Origin: Candidatus Nanopelagicales bacterium
GTDB lineage: Bacteria; Actinomycetota; Actinomycetes; JAHEKZ01
DNA length: 64,000 nt
Assembly: GCA_038316135.1 (NCBI GenBank)
Contig: JBBQAL010000001.1
Coordinates: forward strand, 1,308 to 65,307
Direction: 5' to 3'
Positions 10,136 to 21,928 of this stretch are shown here, piece after piece. Each line of letters opens with the position of its first letter. Positions within the stretch are counted from its first letter, which is position 1. Position numbers and translations under genes: made by a program. The notes beneath the pieces were generated by a model. It was not told the origin of the DNA. It saw nothing but the letters and a program-made list of their open reading frames with translations, and did not search any database.

Positions 10136-11416
10136 GTGCCGCACCTGACCAGCGACCGCAGCGCCGACGTCATCGTCGTCGGCGCCGGTCCAGCCGGTTC
10201 CACCACTGCCTATCACCTGGCGCAGTCCGGCCTAGACGTCCTGCTCCTCGAGAAGACCGCTTTCCCTCGCGAAAAGGTCTGTGGCGATGGGTTCACGCCG
10301 CGCGCCGTCAAGCAGATCCTCGCTATGGGCATCGACCCCGATCCAGCTGACGGCTGGATCCGCAACCAGGGGCTACGCATCATCGGCGGCGGGATGCGTC
10401 TCGAACTTCCGTGGCCAGACCTCGCCTCCTACCCCGACTACGGGCTGGTCCGCACCCGCGAGGACTTCGACGAGATCCTCGCCAGGCAAGCACAAAAAGC
10501 TGGGGCCAGGCTCCACGAGCACACCGCCGTCACTGGTCCCGTGCTCGATGCCCTTGGGCGCATCGTTGGCGTCAGTGCTCGAACGTCGGACGCCGACGGC
10601 GGCCGCGGCGCCGAGGTTGAGTTCCGGGCGCCGCTGGTCGTGGCGGCCGACGGCAACTCGACGCGGTTGTCCCTCTCGATGGGCCTGCGCAAGCGTGACG
10701 ACCGCCCTATGGGGGTCGCTGTCCGCACCTACTACACCAGCCCTCGGCACGCCGACGACTGGCTCGAGTCGTGGCTCGAGCTCTGGGACGGCGACCGGCT
10801 GCTGCCGGGCTATGGCTGGATCTTCGGTGTCGGAGACGGCACGGTGAACGCCGGTCTCGGCATCCTCAACTCGTCGTCGGCGTTCGGCAAGGTCGACTAC
10901 AAGGATCTGCTCAGACGCTGGCTCGACACCACGCCGGAAGAGTGGGGGTTCCGCGAGGAGAACCGCACCCAGCCGATCCGCGGCGCTGCCCTGCCCATGG
11001 GGTTCAACCGCACGCCGCACTACACCCGCGGGCTGGTCCTCGTCGGGGACGCCGGCGGCATGGTCAACCCCTTCAACGGTGAAGGAATCGCCTACGCCAT
11101 GGAGTCAGGGTCGATGGCAGCCGAGACGATCGTCCAGGCGCTCGGTCGGCCGACGGCCGATTCCCGTGAGCGGGCCCTCGAGGCTTATCCCCTTGCGCTC
11201 AAGGACGCCTATGGCGGCTACTACACCCTGGGGCGGGTCTTCGTGAAGCTGATCGGCAACCCCAATGTGATGAAGCTGGCCACCCGCCATGGGCTGCCGC
11301 ATCCCACGCTGATGCGCTTCACCTTGAAGCTGCTGGCCAACCTCACCGACCCGAGGGACGGGGACGCCATGGACAAGGTGATCAACGCCCTCACGAAGGT
11401 GGCTCCGGCGGCGTGA
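10136..11416 (+). CDS. Geranylgeranyl reductase family flavoprotein (MenJ-like menaquinone side-chain reductase candidate)
   Basis: DVIVVGAGPAGSTTAYHLAQSGLDVLLLEK...KVCGDG. Start placed at GTG 10136 after GAGGA; the track ORF starts at 10040. Adjacent to men genes. Confidence 0.8.
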   Translation: MPHLTSDRSADVIVVGAGPAGSTTAYHLAQSGLDVLLLEKTAFPREKVCGDGFTPRAVKQILAMGIDPDPADGWIRNQGLRIIGGGMRLELPWPDLASYPDYGLVRTREDFDEILARQAQKAGARLHEHTAVTGPVLDALGRIVGVSARTSDADGGRGAEVEFRAPLVVAADGNSTRLSLSMGLRKRDDRPMGVAVRTYYTSPRHADDWLESWLELWDGDRLLPGYGWIFGVGDGTVNAGLGILNSSSAFGKVDYKDLLRRWLDTTPEEWGFREENRTQPIRGAALPMGFNRTPHYTRGLVLVGDAGGMVNPFNGEGIAYAMESGSMAAETIVQALGRPTADSRERALEAYPLALKDAYGGYYTLGRVFVKLIGNPNVMKLATRHGLPHPTLMRFTLKLLANLTDPRDGDAMDKVINALTKVAPAA

Positions 11417-11525
11417 CCGGTGCCCACCACCCCACCCTGGACCTCCCCGCCAGCGGCCCTAGGATGATCGGCGGTCAGTGGCCCAACTCTCGGGTCGACG
11501 CAGGACGCGAAGGGAGCGGCCCGCA

Positions 11526-11885
11526 GTGAATCCGATTGTCCCGATCCTGTTCCTCGGCGTACTCGCCTTCGGGTTCGCCGCGTTCTCTATCCTCGCGGGG
11601 TCAGTGTCGGGTCCTAAGCGCTACAACCGCGTCAAGTTGGACTCCTACGAGTGCGGTATCGACCCGACGCCACAGCCGATCGGTGGCGGTCGTTTCCCCG
11701 TCAAGTACTACCTGACCGCCATGCTCTTCATCTTGTTCGACATCGAAATCGTCTTTCTGTATCCGTGGGCCGTCGCCTTCGACCAGTTGGCGATCTTCGG
11801 CCTGATCGAGATGCTCCTCTTCATCGTCACCCTTGGCGTCGCCTTTGCCTATGTATGGCGCCGTGGGGGGCTGGAATGGGATTAG
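11526..11885 (+). CDS. nuoA: NADH-quinone oxidoreductase subunit A
   Basis: 119 aa from GTG 11526 (after GGGAG). Motifs YECGIDP and FDIEIVFLYPWA. The track ORF starts at 11478. Confidence 0.9.
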   Translation: MNPIVPILFLGVLAFGFAAFSILAGSVSGPKRYNRVKLDSYECGIDPTPQPIGGGRFPVKYYLTAMLFILFDIEIVFLYPWAVAFDQLAIFGLIEMLLFIVTLGVAFAYVWRRGGLEWD

Positions 11886-11918
11886 CCCACCGGCCGAGCC
11901 AGCGCAGGAGGAAAACCC

Positions 11919-12473
11919 ATGGGTCTTGAGGAACAGCTTCCGAGTGGATTCTTGCTGACTTCGGTCGAGAAGTTCGCCGGATGGGCACGTTCGGGGTCGC
12001 TCTGGCCGGCGACCTTCGGCCTGGCTTGTTGTGCCATCGAAATGATGGCAACCGGTGCCGGTCGCTACGACCTCGCCCGATTCGGCATGGAGGTCTTCCG
12101 GGCGTCACCGCGCCAGGCGGACCTGATGATCGTGGCAGGGCGGGTCAGCCAGAAGATGGCACCGGTGCTTCGTCAGATCTACGACCAGATGGCCGAGCCA
12201 AAGTGGGTCATCTCGATGGGAGCCTGCGCGTCCAGTGGTGGCATGTTCAACAACTACGCCATCGTGCAGGGCGTCGACCACATCGTCCCGGTCGATATCT
12301 ACTTGCCAGGCTGTCCACCGCGCCCTGAGCAACTGATGGACGCGATTATCAAGCTGCACGAGCAGATCAAGAACGAGAAGCTCGGCGCCCAGCGGGTCGA
12401 GTGGCAGCGCGAGCTCGAGGCGTCGGCGCTCACTGCGGTTCCGACCAGCGAGATGAAGGGTCTGCTCAGGTGA
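11919..12473 (+). CDS. nuoB: NADH-quinone oxidoreductase subunit B
   Basis: N2-cluster ligands present: [26 protein letters not shown]. Confidence 0.95.
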   Translation: MGLEEQLPSGFLLTSVEKFAGWARSGSLWPATFGLACCAIEMMATGAGRYDLARFGMEVFRASPRQADLMIVAGRVSQKMAPVLRQIYDQMAEPKWVISMGACASSGGMFNNYAIVQGVDHIVPVDIYLPGCPPRPEQLMDAIIKLHEQIKNEKLGAQRVEWQRELEASALTAVPTSEMKGLLR

Positions 12474-13168
12474 GCGAGCACGAGACCACTCCTGAGGTCG
12501 TCCCTGCCGGGACGCCGACGATCGACGTTGTCGACGTCCGGTCAGGCATGTTTGGCGCCAATGATGGTGGCGACACGTCTGGGTTCGGCGGCTTGGTGCG
12601 CGCGGTCTCGGTGGCGACTGCTGCCAGTCGTCCTTACGGCAGCTGGTACGACGAGGCAACCGACGCTCTCGAGCGGGCCTACCCCAAGTTCTCCGAGGCG
12701 ATCGAGAAGGTCGTTGTCGAGTTCGGCGAGCTCACGTTGCACATCCGGCGCGAGTACCTGCTGGAAGTCGCCCAGGTGCTACGCGACGATGCAGCGTTGC
12801 GCTTTGAGATGTGCATGGGGGTGAGCGGCGTGCACTGGCCAGGCGACTCCGACCGCGAGCTGCACGCGGTTTACCCCTTGGTTTCGTACACTCACAACCG
12901 TCGGCTCAAGCTAGAAGTTGCCTGCCCCGACGCTGACCCACACATCCCGTCGCTCTACTCGGTCTACCCCAGCAACGACTGGCACGAGCGCGAGACCTAC
13001 GACTTCTTCGGGATCATCTTCGACGGGCACCCGTCGCTGTCCCGCATTCAGATGCCAGACGACTGGTCGGGGCATCCGCAACGTAAGGACTACCCCCTCG
13101 GCGGAATCCCTGTCGAGTACAAGGGCGCCGAGATCGCACCGCCGGACGAGCGGAGGCAGTACTCCTGA
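12470..13168 (+). CDS. nuoC: NADH-quinone oxidoreductase subunit C (30 kDa)
   Basis: GTGA overlap with the nuoB stop. Motif [18 protein letters not shown]. Confidence 0.9.
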   Translation: MSEHETTPEVVPAGTPTIDVVDVRSGMFGANDGGDTSGFGGLVRAVSVATAASRPYGSWYDEATDALERAYPKFSEAIEKVVVEFGELTLHIRREYLLEVAQVLRDDAALRFEMCMGVSGVHWPGDSDRELHAVYPLVSYTHNRRLKLEVACPDADPHIPSLYSVYPSNDWHERETYDFFGIIFDGHPSLSRIQMPDDWSGHPQRKDYPLGGIPVEYKGAEIAPPDERRQYS

Positions 13169-14553
13169 TGACGACAACCGGCCCTTACGAAACAGCAGAC
13201 ATTGGCGAAGCTCCACCGACGACCGGCGACCCGTACGCCGAGTCGCGTGACACCACCGACGGTCGGGTCTACACCGTGAGCGGTGGCGATTGGGATGCGT
13301 TCGCGGCCGAAGCCGCAGAGATGGCCGAGGGCGCGCTTGTCGTCAACATGGGTCCACAGCACCCTTCGACGCACGGCGTTCTTCGACTCATCCTCCAGAT
13401 CGAGGGTGAAACGGTCACCGACACGCGATGCGGTATCGGTTACCTCCACACCGGTATCGAGAAGAACCTCGAGTTCCGCACGTGGACCCAGGGCGTCACG
13501 TTTGTGACGCGAATGGACTACTTGTCGCCGTTCTTCAACGAAACGGCTTACTGCATGGGTGTCGAGCGCATGCTGGGCATCACCGACGAGGTGCCCGAAC
13601 GAGCTCGCCTGATCCGCATCCTGATGATGGAGCTCAACCGCATCTCCTCACACCTGGTCTGCATCGCAACCGGCGGCATGGAGATCGGTGCGCTGACGGT
13701 CATGACGATCGGCTTTCGTGAGCGAGAGCTCGTGCTCGACCTCTTCGAGCTCATCACCGGCCTGCGTCTGAACCACGCCTATGTCCGTCCCGGTGGCGTC
13801 GCCAACGACCTGCCATCAGATGGCATCGAGAAGATCCGCGACTTCCACAAGCTGATGAGCAAGCGCGTCAACGACTACATCAAGCTCTGCAACGAGAACC
13901 CCATCTTCAAGGGCCGCTTGACCGATGTCGGGTACCTCGACCTCGCCGGCTGTATGGCGTTGGGGATCACTGGACCCATTCTTCGGTCGACCGGCCTTCC
14001 CTGGGACCTGCGCAAGACGCAGCCGTACCTCGGTTACGAGGATTTCGACTTCGAGGTTCCCACCTGGGACACCTGTGACGCGTACGGCCGTTTTCGGATT
14101 CGCCTGGAAGAGATGGTGCAGTCGCTCCGGATCATTGAGCAGGCCGTTGACCGACTCGAGGAGGTCGGCCCGGGGCCGGTCATGGTCGACGACCCCAAGA
14201 TCGCCTGGCCCGCGAAACTGTCCATCGGCTCCGACGGACAGGGCAACAGCCGGGAGCACATCAACAAGATCATGAACGAGTCGATGGAGGCGCTCATCCA
14301 CCACTTCAAACTCGTGACCGAAGGGTTCTCGGTACCGGCCGGACAGGTCTACTCCGCCGTTGAGTCGCCGCGGGGCGAGCTCGGCGTGGTGATGGCCAGC
14401 GATGGGGGTACGCGCCCATACCGAGTGCACTACCGAGACCCATCGTTCAACAACCTCCAAGCCGTTGGGGCGATGTGTGCCGGTGCCCAGATCGCCGACG
14501 TCATCGTTGCTGTCGCCTCTATCGATCCCGTCATGGGCGGCGTGGACCGCTGA
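13168..14553 (+). CDS. nuoD: NADH-quinone oxidoreductase subunit D (49 kDa)
   Basis: 461 aa. Motifs [15 protein letters not shown] and [10 protein letters not shown] at the C-terminus. Confidence 0.95.
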   Translation: MTTTGPYETADIGEAPPTTGDPYAESRDTTDGRVYTVSGGDWDAFAAEAAEMAEGALVVNMGPQHPSTHGVLRLILQIEGETVTDTRCGIGYLHTGIEKNLEFRTWTQGVTFVTRMDYLSPFFNETAYCMGVERMLGITDEVPERARLIRILMMELNRISSHLVCIATGGMEIGALTVMTIGFRERELVLDLFELITGLRLNHAYVRPGGVANDLPSDGIEKIRDFHKLMSKRVNDYIKLCNENPIFKGRLTDVGYLDLAGCMALGITGPILRSTGLPWDLRKTQPYLGYEDFDFEVPTWDTCDAYGRFRIRLEEMVQSLRIIEQAVDRLEEVGPGPVMVDDPKIAWPAKLSIGSDGQGNSREHINKIMNESMEALIHHFKLVTEGFSVPAGQVYSAVESPRGELGVVMASDGGTRPYRVHYRDPSFNNLQAVGAMCAGAQIADVIVAVASIDPVMGGVDR

Positions 14554-14582
14554 CCCCGACTGAAGACAGACGAAGGACACCC

Positions 14583-15263
14583 ATGGCCATCTCAGAGACC
14601 ACCCGGGCGCAGATGCGCGAGGTGCTGGTCGGCTATCCCCGGAAGCGGTCGGCTCTGATGCCTCTGTTGCATCTGGCGCAGGCCGACGAGGGCTACATCA
14701 GTCAGGACGGCATAGCAATTGTCTCCGAGATGGTCGAGCTCACCGAGGCTGAGGTCACGGCAGTCTCGACCTTCTACACGATGTACCTCAAGCGCGAGAG
14801 CGGACGCGTGCGGGTCGGCGTCTGCATCAACTCGCTGTGCGCCGTTCTCGGCGGCGACGAGATATGGGATTCCTTGGTCGACCACTGCGGGGTCGGTAAC
14901 AACCAGACGACCAACGACGGCGCCGTCACCCTCGAGCGCATCGAGTGTCAGGCAGCGTGCACGCATGCGCCCGTCATGACGGCGAACTGGGAGTTCCTCG
15001 ACGACATGACGGTCGAGAAAGCCAAGCAGGTGGTGGACGACGTACGCGCGGGGCGACCCGTGCAGAGCAGTCGTGGCCCCGTTGTGCGCACCTTCGCTGA
15101 TGCCGAGCGCACGATCTCCGGTGTCGACGACGGCTTGACCGCTGAAGGTGAGATTCGCGACGACCGGATGCTGGCCGGGTTGAGACTTGCTCAGGCCAAC
15201 GGTGACGCCGAGCGCAGCGCGGAAGCGGAACGTCAGGGTGCCGCGAACGTGAAGGGACGCTGA
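14583..15263 (+). CDS. nuoE: NADH-quinone oxidoreductase subunit E (24 kDa, 2Fe-2S)
   Basis: ATG 14583 chosen because the track ORF start at 14475 overlaps nuoD. Cysteine ligands in VCINSLCAVLGG and ECQAACTHAP. Confidence 0.9.
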   Translation: MAISETTRAQMREVLVGYPRKRSALMPLLHLAQADEGYISQDGIAIVSEMVELTEAEVTAVSTFYTMYLKRESGRVRVGVCINSLCAVLGGDEIWDSLVDHCGVGNNQTTNDGAVTLERIECQAACTHAPVMTANWEFLDDMTVEKAKQVVDDVRAGRPVQSSRGPVVRTFADAERTISGVDDGLTAEGEIRDDRMLAGLRLAQANGDAERSAEAERQGAANVKGR

Positions 15264-15264
15264 C

Positions 15265-16566
15265 ATGCCGCTGACGCCAGTTCTCTCAGCTCACTGGGAC
15301 GAGGCCGACTCCTACACGATCGACGGATATCGTCGCCACGGTGGATATGACGCGCTCGCGATTGCGTTTGCCAAGCAGCCCGATGACGTCATTCAGCTCG
15401 TGAAGGACTCCGGCTTGCGAGGCCGCGGTGGGGCAGGGTTCCCCACCGGCATGAAGTGGGGTTTCGTGCCGCAAGGTGATGGCAAGCCGCACTACCTCGT
15501 GGTCAACGCTGATGAGTCAGAGCCGGGCGCATGCAAGGACGTCCCGTTGATGCTGGCGAACCCGCACTCACTGGTAGAGGGCGTCATCATCGCCTCCTAC
15601 GCGATCCGGGCTCACCACGCGTTCATCTACGTCCGCGGCGAGGTTCCGCACGCGATCCGCCGCGTGGCAGCTGCAGTGCGCGAGGCTTATGCGGCTGGTT
15701 ACTTGGGGAGCAACATCCAAGGGTCTGGCTTCGACCTCGACGTCGTTATCCACGCTGGTGCTGGCGCCTACATCTGCGGTGAAGAGACGGCGCTGCTCGA
15801 CTCGCTGGAGGGCTTCCGCGGCCAGCCGCGGCTCAAGCCGCCCTTTCCCGCGGTTGCCGGACTCTACGCGTCGCCAACGGTGGTCAACAATGTCGAGACG
15901 ATCGCAAGCGTCCCGTCCATCGTCACCAACGGCGCTGACTGGTACACGTCGTACGGCAGCGAGAAGTCGCCAGGGGTCAAACTCTTCGCGGTCTCTGGAC
16001 ACGTGGAGCGGCCGGGCATCTTCGAAGCTCCCATGGGCACGACAATGCGCGAGCTGCTGGAATGGGCCGGCGGCATGCGTAAGGGCCATCGCCTGAAGTT
16101 CTGGGTGCCGGGTGGGTCCAGCGTTCCGCTACTCACCGAAGAGCATTTGGACGTCCCCTACACCTACGAAGATATCGCGGCGGCCGGGTCGATGCTCGGC
16201 ACCGGCACCCCGATGGTCTTCGACGAGACGACCAGCGTCACCCGCGCGGTTACTCGATGGCTGGAGTTCTACAAGCACGAGTCGTGCGGCAAATGCACGC
16301 CGTGCCGCGAGGGAACCTACTGGCTGGTCGACCTGCTGCGGCGACTCGAGAGTGGTGCGGGCTCGGAAACCGACATCACCCGTATCAACGAGGTGTCCGC
16401 CCAGATCATGGGTCGGTCGTTCTGCGCTCTCGGTGATGCCGCAGCGACGCCATTCCCCGGCGCCATCAAGTACTTTGCTGACGAGATTGCTCTCGGCACG
16501 CACACCGCCGCAGCAGATCTGTTCGACCCAGTGGCCGCCACCGTCTTCGCGGGAGTGAACGCCTGA
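15265..16566 (+). CDS. nuoF: NADH-quinone oxidoreductase subunit F (51 kDa; FMN/NADH site)
   Basis: GLRGRGGAGFPTG and the N3 cluster motif ESCGKCTPCREG. Confidence 0.95.
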   Translation: MPLTPVLSAHWDEADSYTIDGYRRHGGYDALAIAFAKQPDDVIQLVKDSGLRGRGGAGFPTGMKWGFVPQGDGKPHYLVVNADESEPGACKDVPLMLANPHSLVEGVIIASYAIRAHHAFIYVRGEVPHAIRRVAAAVREAYAAGYLGSNIQGSGFDLDVVIHAGAGAYICGEETALLDSLEGFRGQPRLKPPFPAVAGLYASPTVVNNVETIASVPSIVTNGADWYTSYGSEKSPGVKLFAVSGHVERPGIFEAPMGTTMRELLEWAGGMRKGHRLKFWVPGGSSVPLLTEEHLDVPYTYEDIAAAGSMLGTGTPMVFDETTSVTRAVTRWLEFYKHESCGKCTPCREGTYWLVDLLRRLESGAGSETDITRINEVSAQIMGRSFCALGDAAATPFPGAIKYFADEIALGTHTAAADLFDPVAATVFAGVNA

Positions 16567-18941
16567 TGACCGTGACTACGCCGTCGACCACGGGGGACGC
16601 GCTCGAACCACACACAGATCTGGTGACACTGACCATCGACGGTGTTGAGACGGCGGTGCCCAAGGGGACGCTGATCATCCGCGCGGCTGAGCAGCTCGGC
16701 GTTGCTGTTCCGCGGTTCTGCGACCACCCGCTGCTCAACCCGGTCGCTGCCTGCCGCATGTGCCTCATCGAGGTTGAGGGCATGCCCAAGCCTCAGCCCG
16801 CGTGTGCGGTGACCTGTTCAGACGGGATGGTGGTCAAGACGCAGATGACCTCTCCAGTTGCTGATGAGGCGCAGCGCAGCGTCATGGAGTTCCTCCTCAT
16901 CAACCACCCGCTCGACTGCCCGATCTGCGACAAGGGTGGCGAGTGTCCCTTGCAGAACCAGGCGATGACCAACGGGCAGGGCGACACTCGCTTCGACGGT
17001 CCGAAGCGCACCTTCCCCAAGCCGATCAACTTGTCGGCTCAGGTGCTGCTCGATCGTGAGCGTTGCGTCTCCTGTGCCCGGTGTACTCGATTCGCTGAGC
17101 AGATTGCCGGCGACCCGTTCATCGAGCTGCTTGAGCGCGGTTCGCAGCAGCAGGTCGGAATCGCCGCTGATGTCCCCTTCAATTCCTACTACTCAGGCAA
17201 CACGATCCAGATCTGCCCTGTTGGTGCCCTGACCAGCGCCATGTACCGGTTCCGGTCACGTCCCTTCGACCTCGTGTCGACCCCCACCGCTTGTGAGCAC
17301 TGCGCCTCCGGCTGTTCGCTTCGCACCGACTCGCGCCGCAACGCCGTGATGCGCCGACTCGCCTCCGTCGACCCCGAGGTCAATGAAGACTGGAACTGCG
17401 ACAAGGGCCGCTTTGCTTTCCGATACCTGGAGTCTGACGTCCGACTGACCACCCCGATGGTGCGCCTCGACGGTGTGCTCCAACCAGCATCGTGGGATGA
17501 AGCGCTCGTGTCGGCAGCAGCCGGGCTAAAGGCGGCGGCCGGCAAGGCGGGCATCATCACCGGTGGCCGTCTCATGGTCGAGGATGCCTACGCATACTCA
17601 GTCTTTGCCAGACGAGCGCTGAGCACCAACGACATCGACTTTCGCCCTCGGGGCTCGTCCGCTGAGGAAGAGCAGTTCCTGGCCAGCCGGGTGGCTGGTG
17701 CAGGTCTAGGACCCACCTACGCCGACCTCGAGAAGGCTCCGACTGTTCTGCTCGTCGCTTTCGAGCCCGAGGACGAGTCGCCGATCGTGTTGCTCCGGCT
17801 CCGCAAGGCTGCCAGTGCGGGAACTCGGGTTCTCTCGGTCGCACCGGCGGCGAGCCGTGGACTGGCCAAGACCAACGGCGCCTGGATCCCGGCTGCCCCG
17901 GGATCGGAGCCGACCGTCATCGACGATCTCGATGCGGAGACCGTGACCGCGCTCAGTCAGCCGGGGGCGGTCGTCCTCGTCGGCCAGCGCGCTGCGGCAA
18001 CCGCGGGGTTGCTGTCTGCTGTCGGACGACTGGCCGACCGAACTGGTGTCGCTTTGGGCTGGGTGCCGCGCCGTGCCGGTGACAGGGGTGCTGTTGAGGC
18101 GGGTGTGCTCCCCACACTGCTTCCTGGCGGGCGTCCCGTTGCTGATGCTGCTGCGCGTGTTGACACCGCAGCCATTTGGGGTGTTTCGGAGATTCCCGAG
18201 GCCCCCGGACGCGATATTCCCGAGATGCTGGCGGCCATTGAAGGTCGTGAGCTGGCGGCACTGGTCGTTGGTGGGGTCCGGATCGACGACTTGCCGGCTG
18301 ACGCCGAAGCCGCCCTGCGCGCAACAGAGTTTCTCGTCGTTCTGGATACCCACGCCCACGGGCTCGTCGAACTCGCCGACGTCGTCTTCCCGGTAGCGGC
18401 TGCTCCGGAGAAGGCTGGGACGTTCATCAACTGGGAAGGACGCCGACGCCCGTCCTCACAGGCACTACGCACGAACCTGATGTCAGATGCACGAGTACTG
18501 GCTGCACTTGCCGGTGAGCTTGGCGTCGACGGTGTGGAAGGAGACCCAGCCAGGCTGCGCACGCAACTGGCGGAGTTCGCTGGGTGGGAAGGCGTTCGCG
18601 TCGATTCCCCAGACGTCACGGCCGCCACCGCAGAACCCGGTCCCGGACTGCTGCTGGCCACGTGGCGTCCCCTTCTTGAGGCAACCGTGCTGCAGGAGGG
18701 CGAGCCTTATCTGGCAGCAACAGCCCGTGGTCGCGAGGTGTGGTTGTCGGCCGTCGAAAGTGAAGCTGTGGGCGCTACGGAGGGGCAGTTGATCACCCTG
18801 ACGAGCGCCAGCGGTAGCGTCACTGCGCCGCTCGTGGTCGCTGAGACTGCCGAAGGCACTGTTGTCGTCACCGGGGATGCCCACCGTGTCCTTGGCCAAA
18901 GCGGCGAACGAGTGCAGATCGCCGTGGAAGGACAGGGATGA
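16566..18941 (+). CDS. nuoG: NADH-quinone oxidoreductase subunit G (75 kDa)
   Basis: 791 aa. 2Fe-2S and 4Fe-4S motifs: [37 protein letters not shown]. Confidence 0.95.
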   Translation: MTVTTPSTTGDALEPHTDLVTLTIDGVETAVPKGTLIIRAAEQLGVAVPRFCDHPLLNPVAACRMCLIEVEGMPKPQPACAVTCSDGMVVKTQMTSPVADEAQRSVMEFLLINHPLDCPICDKGGECPLQNQAMTNGQGDTRFDGPKRTFPKPINLSAQVLLDRERCVSCARCTRFAEQIAGDPFIELLERGSQQQVGIAADVPFNSYYSGNTIQICPVGALTSAMYRFRSRPFDLVSTPTACEHCASGCSLRTDSRRNAVMRRLASVDPEVNEDWNCDKGRFAFRYLESDVRLTTPMVRLDGVLQPASWDEALVSAAAGLKAAAGKAGIITGGRLMVEDAYAYSVFARRALSTNDIDFRPRGSSAEEEQFLASRVAGAGLGPTYADLEKAPTVLLVAFEPEDESPIVLLRLRKAASAGTRVLSVAPAASRGLAKTNGAWIPAAPGSEPTVIDDLDAETVTALSQPGAVVLVGQRAAATAGLLSAVGRLADRTGVALGWVPRRAGDRGAVEAGVLPTLLPGGRPVADAAARVDTAAIWGVSEIPEAPGRDIPEMLAAIEGRELAALVVGGVRIDDLPADAEAALRATEFLVVLDTHAHGLVELADVVFPVAAAPEKAGTFINWEGRRRPSSQALRTNLMSDARVLAALAGELGVDGVEGDPARLRTQLAEFAGWEGVRVDSPDVTAATAEPGPGLLLATWRPLLEATVLQEGEPYLAATARGREVWLSAVESEAVGATEGQLITLTSASGSVTAPLVVAETAEGTVVVTGDAHRVLGQSGERVQIAVEGQG

Positions 18942-20248
18942 GACTCGAACTGAGCGTTGCTGATGCGCTTGCCGAGACACCGTGGTGGCTCTCGGTGGCC
19001 AAAGCGCTCTTCATCTTCGTCTTCCTTGTGCTGAGCACACTGATCATGATCTGGGCCGAGCGACGAGTGGTGGCCCGAATGCAGCAGCGCGTCGGGCCGA
19101 ACCGTGTTGGCCCCTTCGGGCTCTTGCAGGGGTTGGCCGACGGCATCAAGCTGGCCTTGAAGGAAGACATTATTCCGACCACCGCCGATAAGGCGGTCTT
19201 CATCCTGGCGCCGATCATCTCGGCCACAACGTGCTTCCTGGCGTTCGCCGTCATCCCTTTCGGTCCGGTCGTCACCTTCTCGATCGGCGGCACCGAGTAC
19301 ACCACCGCGCTGCAGCTCACTGACTTCCCCGTCTCGGTCCTCTACGTCCTGGCCATCACCTCGATCGGGGTCTACGGGCTGGTTTTGGCCGGCTGGTCGA
19401 GCGGCTCTACCTACCCGCTGCTCGGCGGCCTTCGTTCGTCTGCGCAGGTCATCTCCTACGAGATCGCAATGGGGCTTTCCTTTGTCGCGGTCTTTCTCTA
19501 CTCCGGCTCGATGTCGACGTCAGCGATCGTGGCTGCGCAAGACCGCCTGTGGTTCGCGATCATTTTGCTTCCATCCTTCCTCATCTACCTCGTCTCGATG
19601 GTTGGTGAGACCAACCGGGCACCGTTCGACCTGCCTGAGGCCGAAGGAGAGCTGGTCGGTGGCTTCCACACCGAGTACAGCTCGCTGAAGTTCGCCCTCT
19701 TCTTCCTTGCCGAGTACATCAACATGTTCACGGTCGCTGCCCTGGCCACGACCCTCTTCCTCGGTGGGTGGCAGGCGCCGTGGCCGCTCGGCGGCGCGAT
19801 CTGGCCGGGTGCCAACGAGGGCTGGTGGCCGGTGCTGTGGTTCGTTGCAAAGCTCTGGATCTTCATGTTCGTGTTCATCTGGCTGCGCGGAACGTTGCCC
19901 CGCATGCGCTACGACCAGTTCATGAAGTTGGGTTGGAAGGTTCTCATCCCGCTTTCACTGCTCTGGATCGCCGTGGTGGCAACGGTTCGGGCCATCTCCA
20001 ACGAGGCATCGTTTGATCGGCAGGACATCTTGGTGTGGGGCGGCGCCACGTTGGTCGTGCTGCTCGTCATCAGCTTTGCCTGGGACTACATCGTCGGACG
20101 CCAGTCCGAAGAGATTCACGAGGAACCCCAACACTTCGACCCGTTCGCTGGTGGGCACCCGGTTCCACCGCTGCCGGGGCAGGAGCCAGTAACGGTCTCA
20201 GTTGCAGCGACTTCCGTTGGACCCGACAAGGAGGAGCTCGATGCCTAG
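18938..20248 (+). CDS. nuoH: NADH-quinone oxidoreductase subunit H
   Basis: ATGA overlap with nuoG. ND1-like motifs: [25 protein letters not shown] and [17 protein letters not shown]. Confidence 0.95.
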   Translation: MRLELSVADALAETPWWLSVAKALFIFVFLVLSTLIMIWAERRVVARMQQRVGPNRVGPFGLLQGLADGIKLALKEDIIPTTADKAVFILAPIISATTCFLAFAVIPFGPVVTFSIGGTEYTTALQLTDFPVSVLYVLAITSIGVYGLVLAGWSSGSTYPLLGGLRSSAQVISYEIAMGLSFVAVFLYSGSMSTSAIVAAQDRLWFAIILLPSFLIYLVSMVGETNRAPFDLPEAEGELVGGFHTEYSSLKFALFFLAEYINMFTVAALATTLFLGGWQAPWPLGGAIWPGANEGWWPVLWFVAKLWIFMFVFIWLRGTLPRMRYDQFMKLGWKVLIPLSLLWIAVVATVRAISNEASFDRQDILVWGGATLVVLLVISFAWDYIVGRQSEEIHEEPQHFDPFAGGHPVPPLPGQEPVTVSVAATSVGPDKEELDA

Positions 20249-20789
20249 CTTCCTCGACCCCATCGCGGGTTTCGGTGTCACGTTCACCACGATGTTTCGC
20301 AAGGTGACGACCGAGGAGTACCCGGAAGAGCGAAAGCCGATGATGCCGCGTTTTCACGGCCGGCACGTCCTCAATCGGTACTCCGACGGTCTCGAGCGTT
20401 GCATTGGCTGTGAGCTCTGTGCGTGGGCGTGTCCAGCTGACGCCATCTACGTCGAGGGCGCCGGGAACACCGACGACGAGCGCTTCTCGCCCGGCGAACG
20501 TTACGGCCGCGTCTACCAGATCAACTACCTTCGCTGCATCTTCTGCGGGATGTGCCTGGAGGCCTGCCCCACCCGAGCCCTGACCATGAGTCATGAGTAC
20601 GAACTTGCTGACAACAATCGAGCTGACCTCATCTTCGAGAAGCAAGACTTGCTTGCCCCGCTGAGCACCGGAATGGTTCCGCCCCCACACGACATGGCTT
20701 CCGGCACCACCGAGCAGAACTACTACGCCGGCGAGTTCGACCAGCCAGGCACCTCCGATCCAACAGATCGCCGTGGTGAAAATCCATGA
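20241..20789 (+). CDS. nuoI: NADH-quinone oxidoreductase subunit I (2x4Fe-4S)
   Basis: ATG 20241 after GAGGAG. Cluster motifs [12 protein letters not shown] and [12 protein letters not shown]. Confidence 0.93.
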   Translation: MPSFLDPIAGFGVTFTTMFRKVTTEEYPEERKPMMPRFHGRHVLNRYSDGLERCIGCELCAWACPADAIYVEGAGNTDDERFSPGERYGRVYQINYLRCIFCGMCLEACPTRALTMSHEYELADNNRADLIFEKQDLLAPLSTGMVPPPHDMASGTTEQNYYAGEFDQPGTSDPTDRRGENP

Positions 20790-21571
20790 TCGAGCTCCTC
20801 TCCACCGCGCCACCGACGTCAACCGGCGAGGCAGTCGCCTTCTGGGTCCTGGCACCGATTGCGGTGGTCGCCGCTGTCATGATCCTGCTCAGCCGCAAGG
20901 CAGTTCACAGCGCGCTCTGGATGGCCACCACGATGATCGTTCTTGCCGTCCTGTTCATCATGCAGGGCGGAATCTTCTTGGGCGTCGTGCAGGTGGTGGT
21001 CTACACCGGCGCTGTGATGATGCTCTTTCTCTTCGTCCTCATGCTCGTTGGTGTAGATGCTTCTGACTCGTTTGTCGAGACACTGCGTGCGCAGCGGGTG
21101 GCGGGAGTCCTGCTGGCGCTCGGCTTGAGCGGCATGCTGGTCGCTGCGATCAGCCGCGCGGCATTTCCAGCTGCACCCGGTATCGGCGCTGCGAATGATG
21201 AGGCCGGCGGCCACGTCGAGGCGATCGCCCAGGCGATCTTCACTCGGTACGTCTTCACCTTCGAGGTTGTGAGCATCGTGCTCATCACCGCTGCTGTTGG
21301 GGCGATGGCGCTGACCCACAAAGAGCTGCTCAGCCCCCGCAAGCTGCACGGAGAGCTCTCGATCGAGCGGGTCCGTGGTCAGCACCCGACTCCGTACCCG
21401 AGCCCAGGGGTGTATGCCCAGCACAACGGGGTCGACACGCCGGCGCTGCTGCCGGACGGGTCTGCATCAGAAGCCTCAGTGCCTGACGAGCTGCGTCGCC
21501 AGGGCACGGTGCGATACACCGAGCTCGAGGCAACCCGTGAGCAGGAGTCGGACGGAGGGACGCCGCGATGA
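20786..21571 (+). CDS. nuoJ: NADH-quinone oxidoreductase subunit J
   Basis: ATGA overlap. Hydrophobic ND6-like N-terminal half with a long C-terminal tail. Confidence 0.88.
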   Translation: MIELLSTAPPTSTGEAVAFWVLAPIAVVAAVMILLSRKAVHSALWMATTMIVLAVLFIMQGGIFLGVVQVVVYTGAVMMLFLFVLMLVGVDASDSFVETLRAQRVAGVLLALGLSGMLVAAISRAAFPAAPGIGAANDEAGGHVEAIAQAIFTRYVFTFEVVSIVLITAAVGAMALTHKELLSPRKLHGELSIERVRGQHPTPYPSPGVYAQHNGVDTPALLPDGSASEASVPDELRRQGTVRYTELEATREQESDGGTPR

Positions 21572-21867
21572 ACCCCGAGAACTACCTGTACCTAGCGACG
21601 ATTCTGTTCGCGATTGGCTCAGTGGGCGTCCTGGTTCGCAGGAACGCGATCGTGGTGTTCATGTGCGTCGAGTTGATGCTGAACGCCTCCAACCTCGCGT
21701 TCGTTTCGTTCGCCAGGCTTAACGGCAACATCGACGGCCAGATTGTTGCGTTCTTCGTGATGGTGGTCGCCGCCGCCGAAGTGGTGATCGGTCTTGCCAT
21801 CATCGTCACCATTTTCCGAACCCGCCGATCGGCATCTGTCGACGACCCCAACCTGTTGAAGCTCTGA
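21568..21867 (+). CDS. nuoK: NADH-quinone oxidoreductase subunit K
   Basis: 99 aa, ND4L-like: [11 protein letters not shown]...[11 protein letters not shown]. Confidence 0.93.
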   Translation: MNPENYLYLATILFAIGSVGVLVRRNAIVVFMCVELMLNASNLAFVSFARLNGNIDGQIVAFFVMVVAAAEVVIGLAIIVTIFRTRRSASVDDPNLLKL

Positions 21868-21928
21868 TCGCCATGACATCGCACTGTGATCAGGGTGGGC
21901 CTCTGCCCCAGACCCCGGAGCGTGCCCG

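Noticed and set aside
20070-20855. 261-aa minus-strand ORF
   Set aside because: Antisense to the nuoH/nuoI/nuoJ junction. No motifs. Shadow frame.
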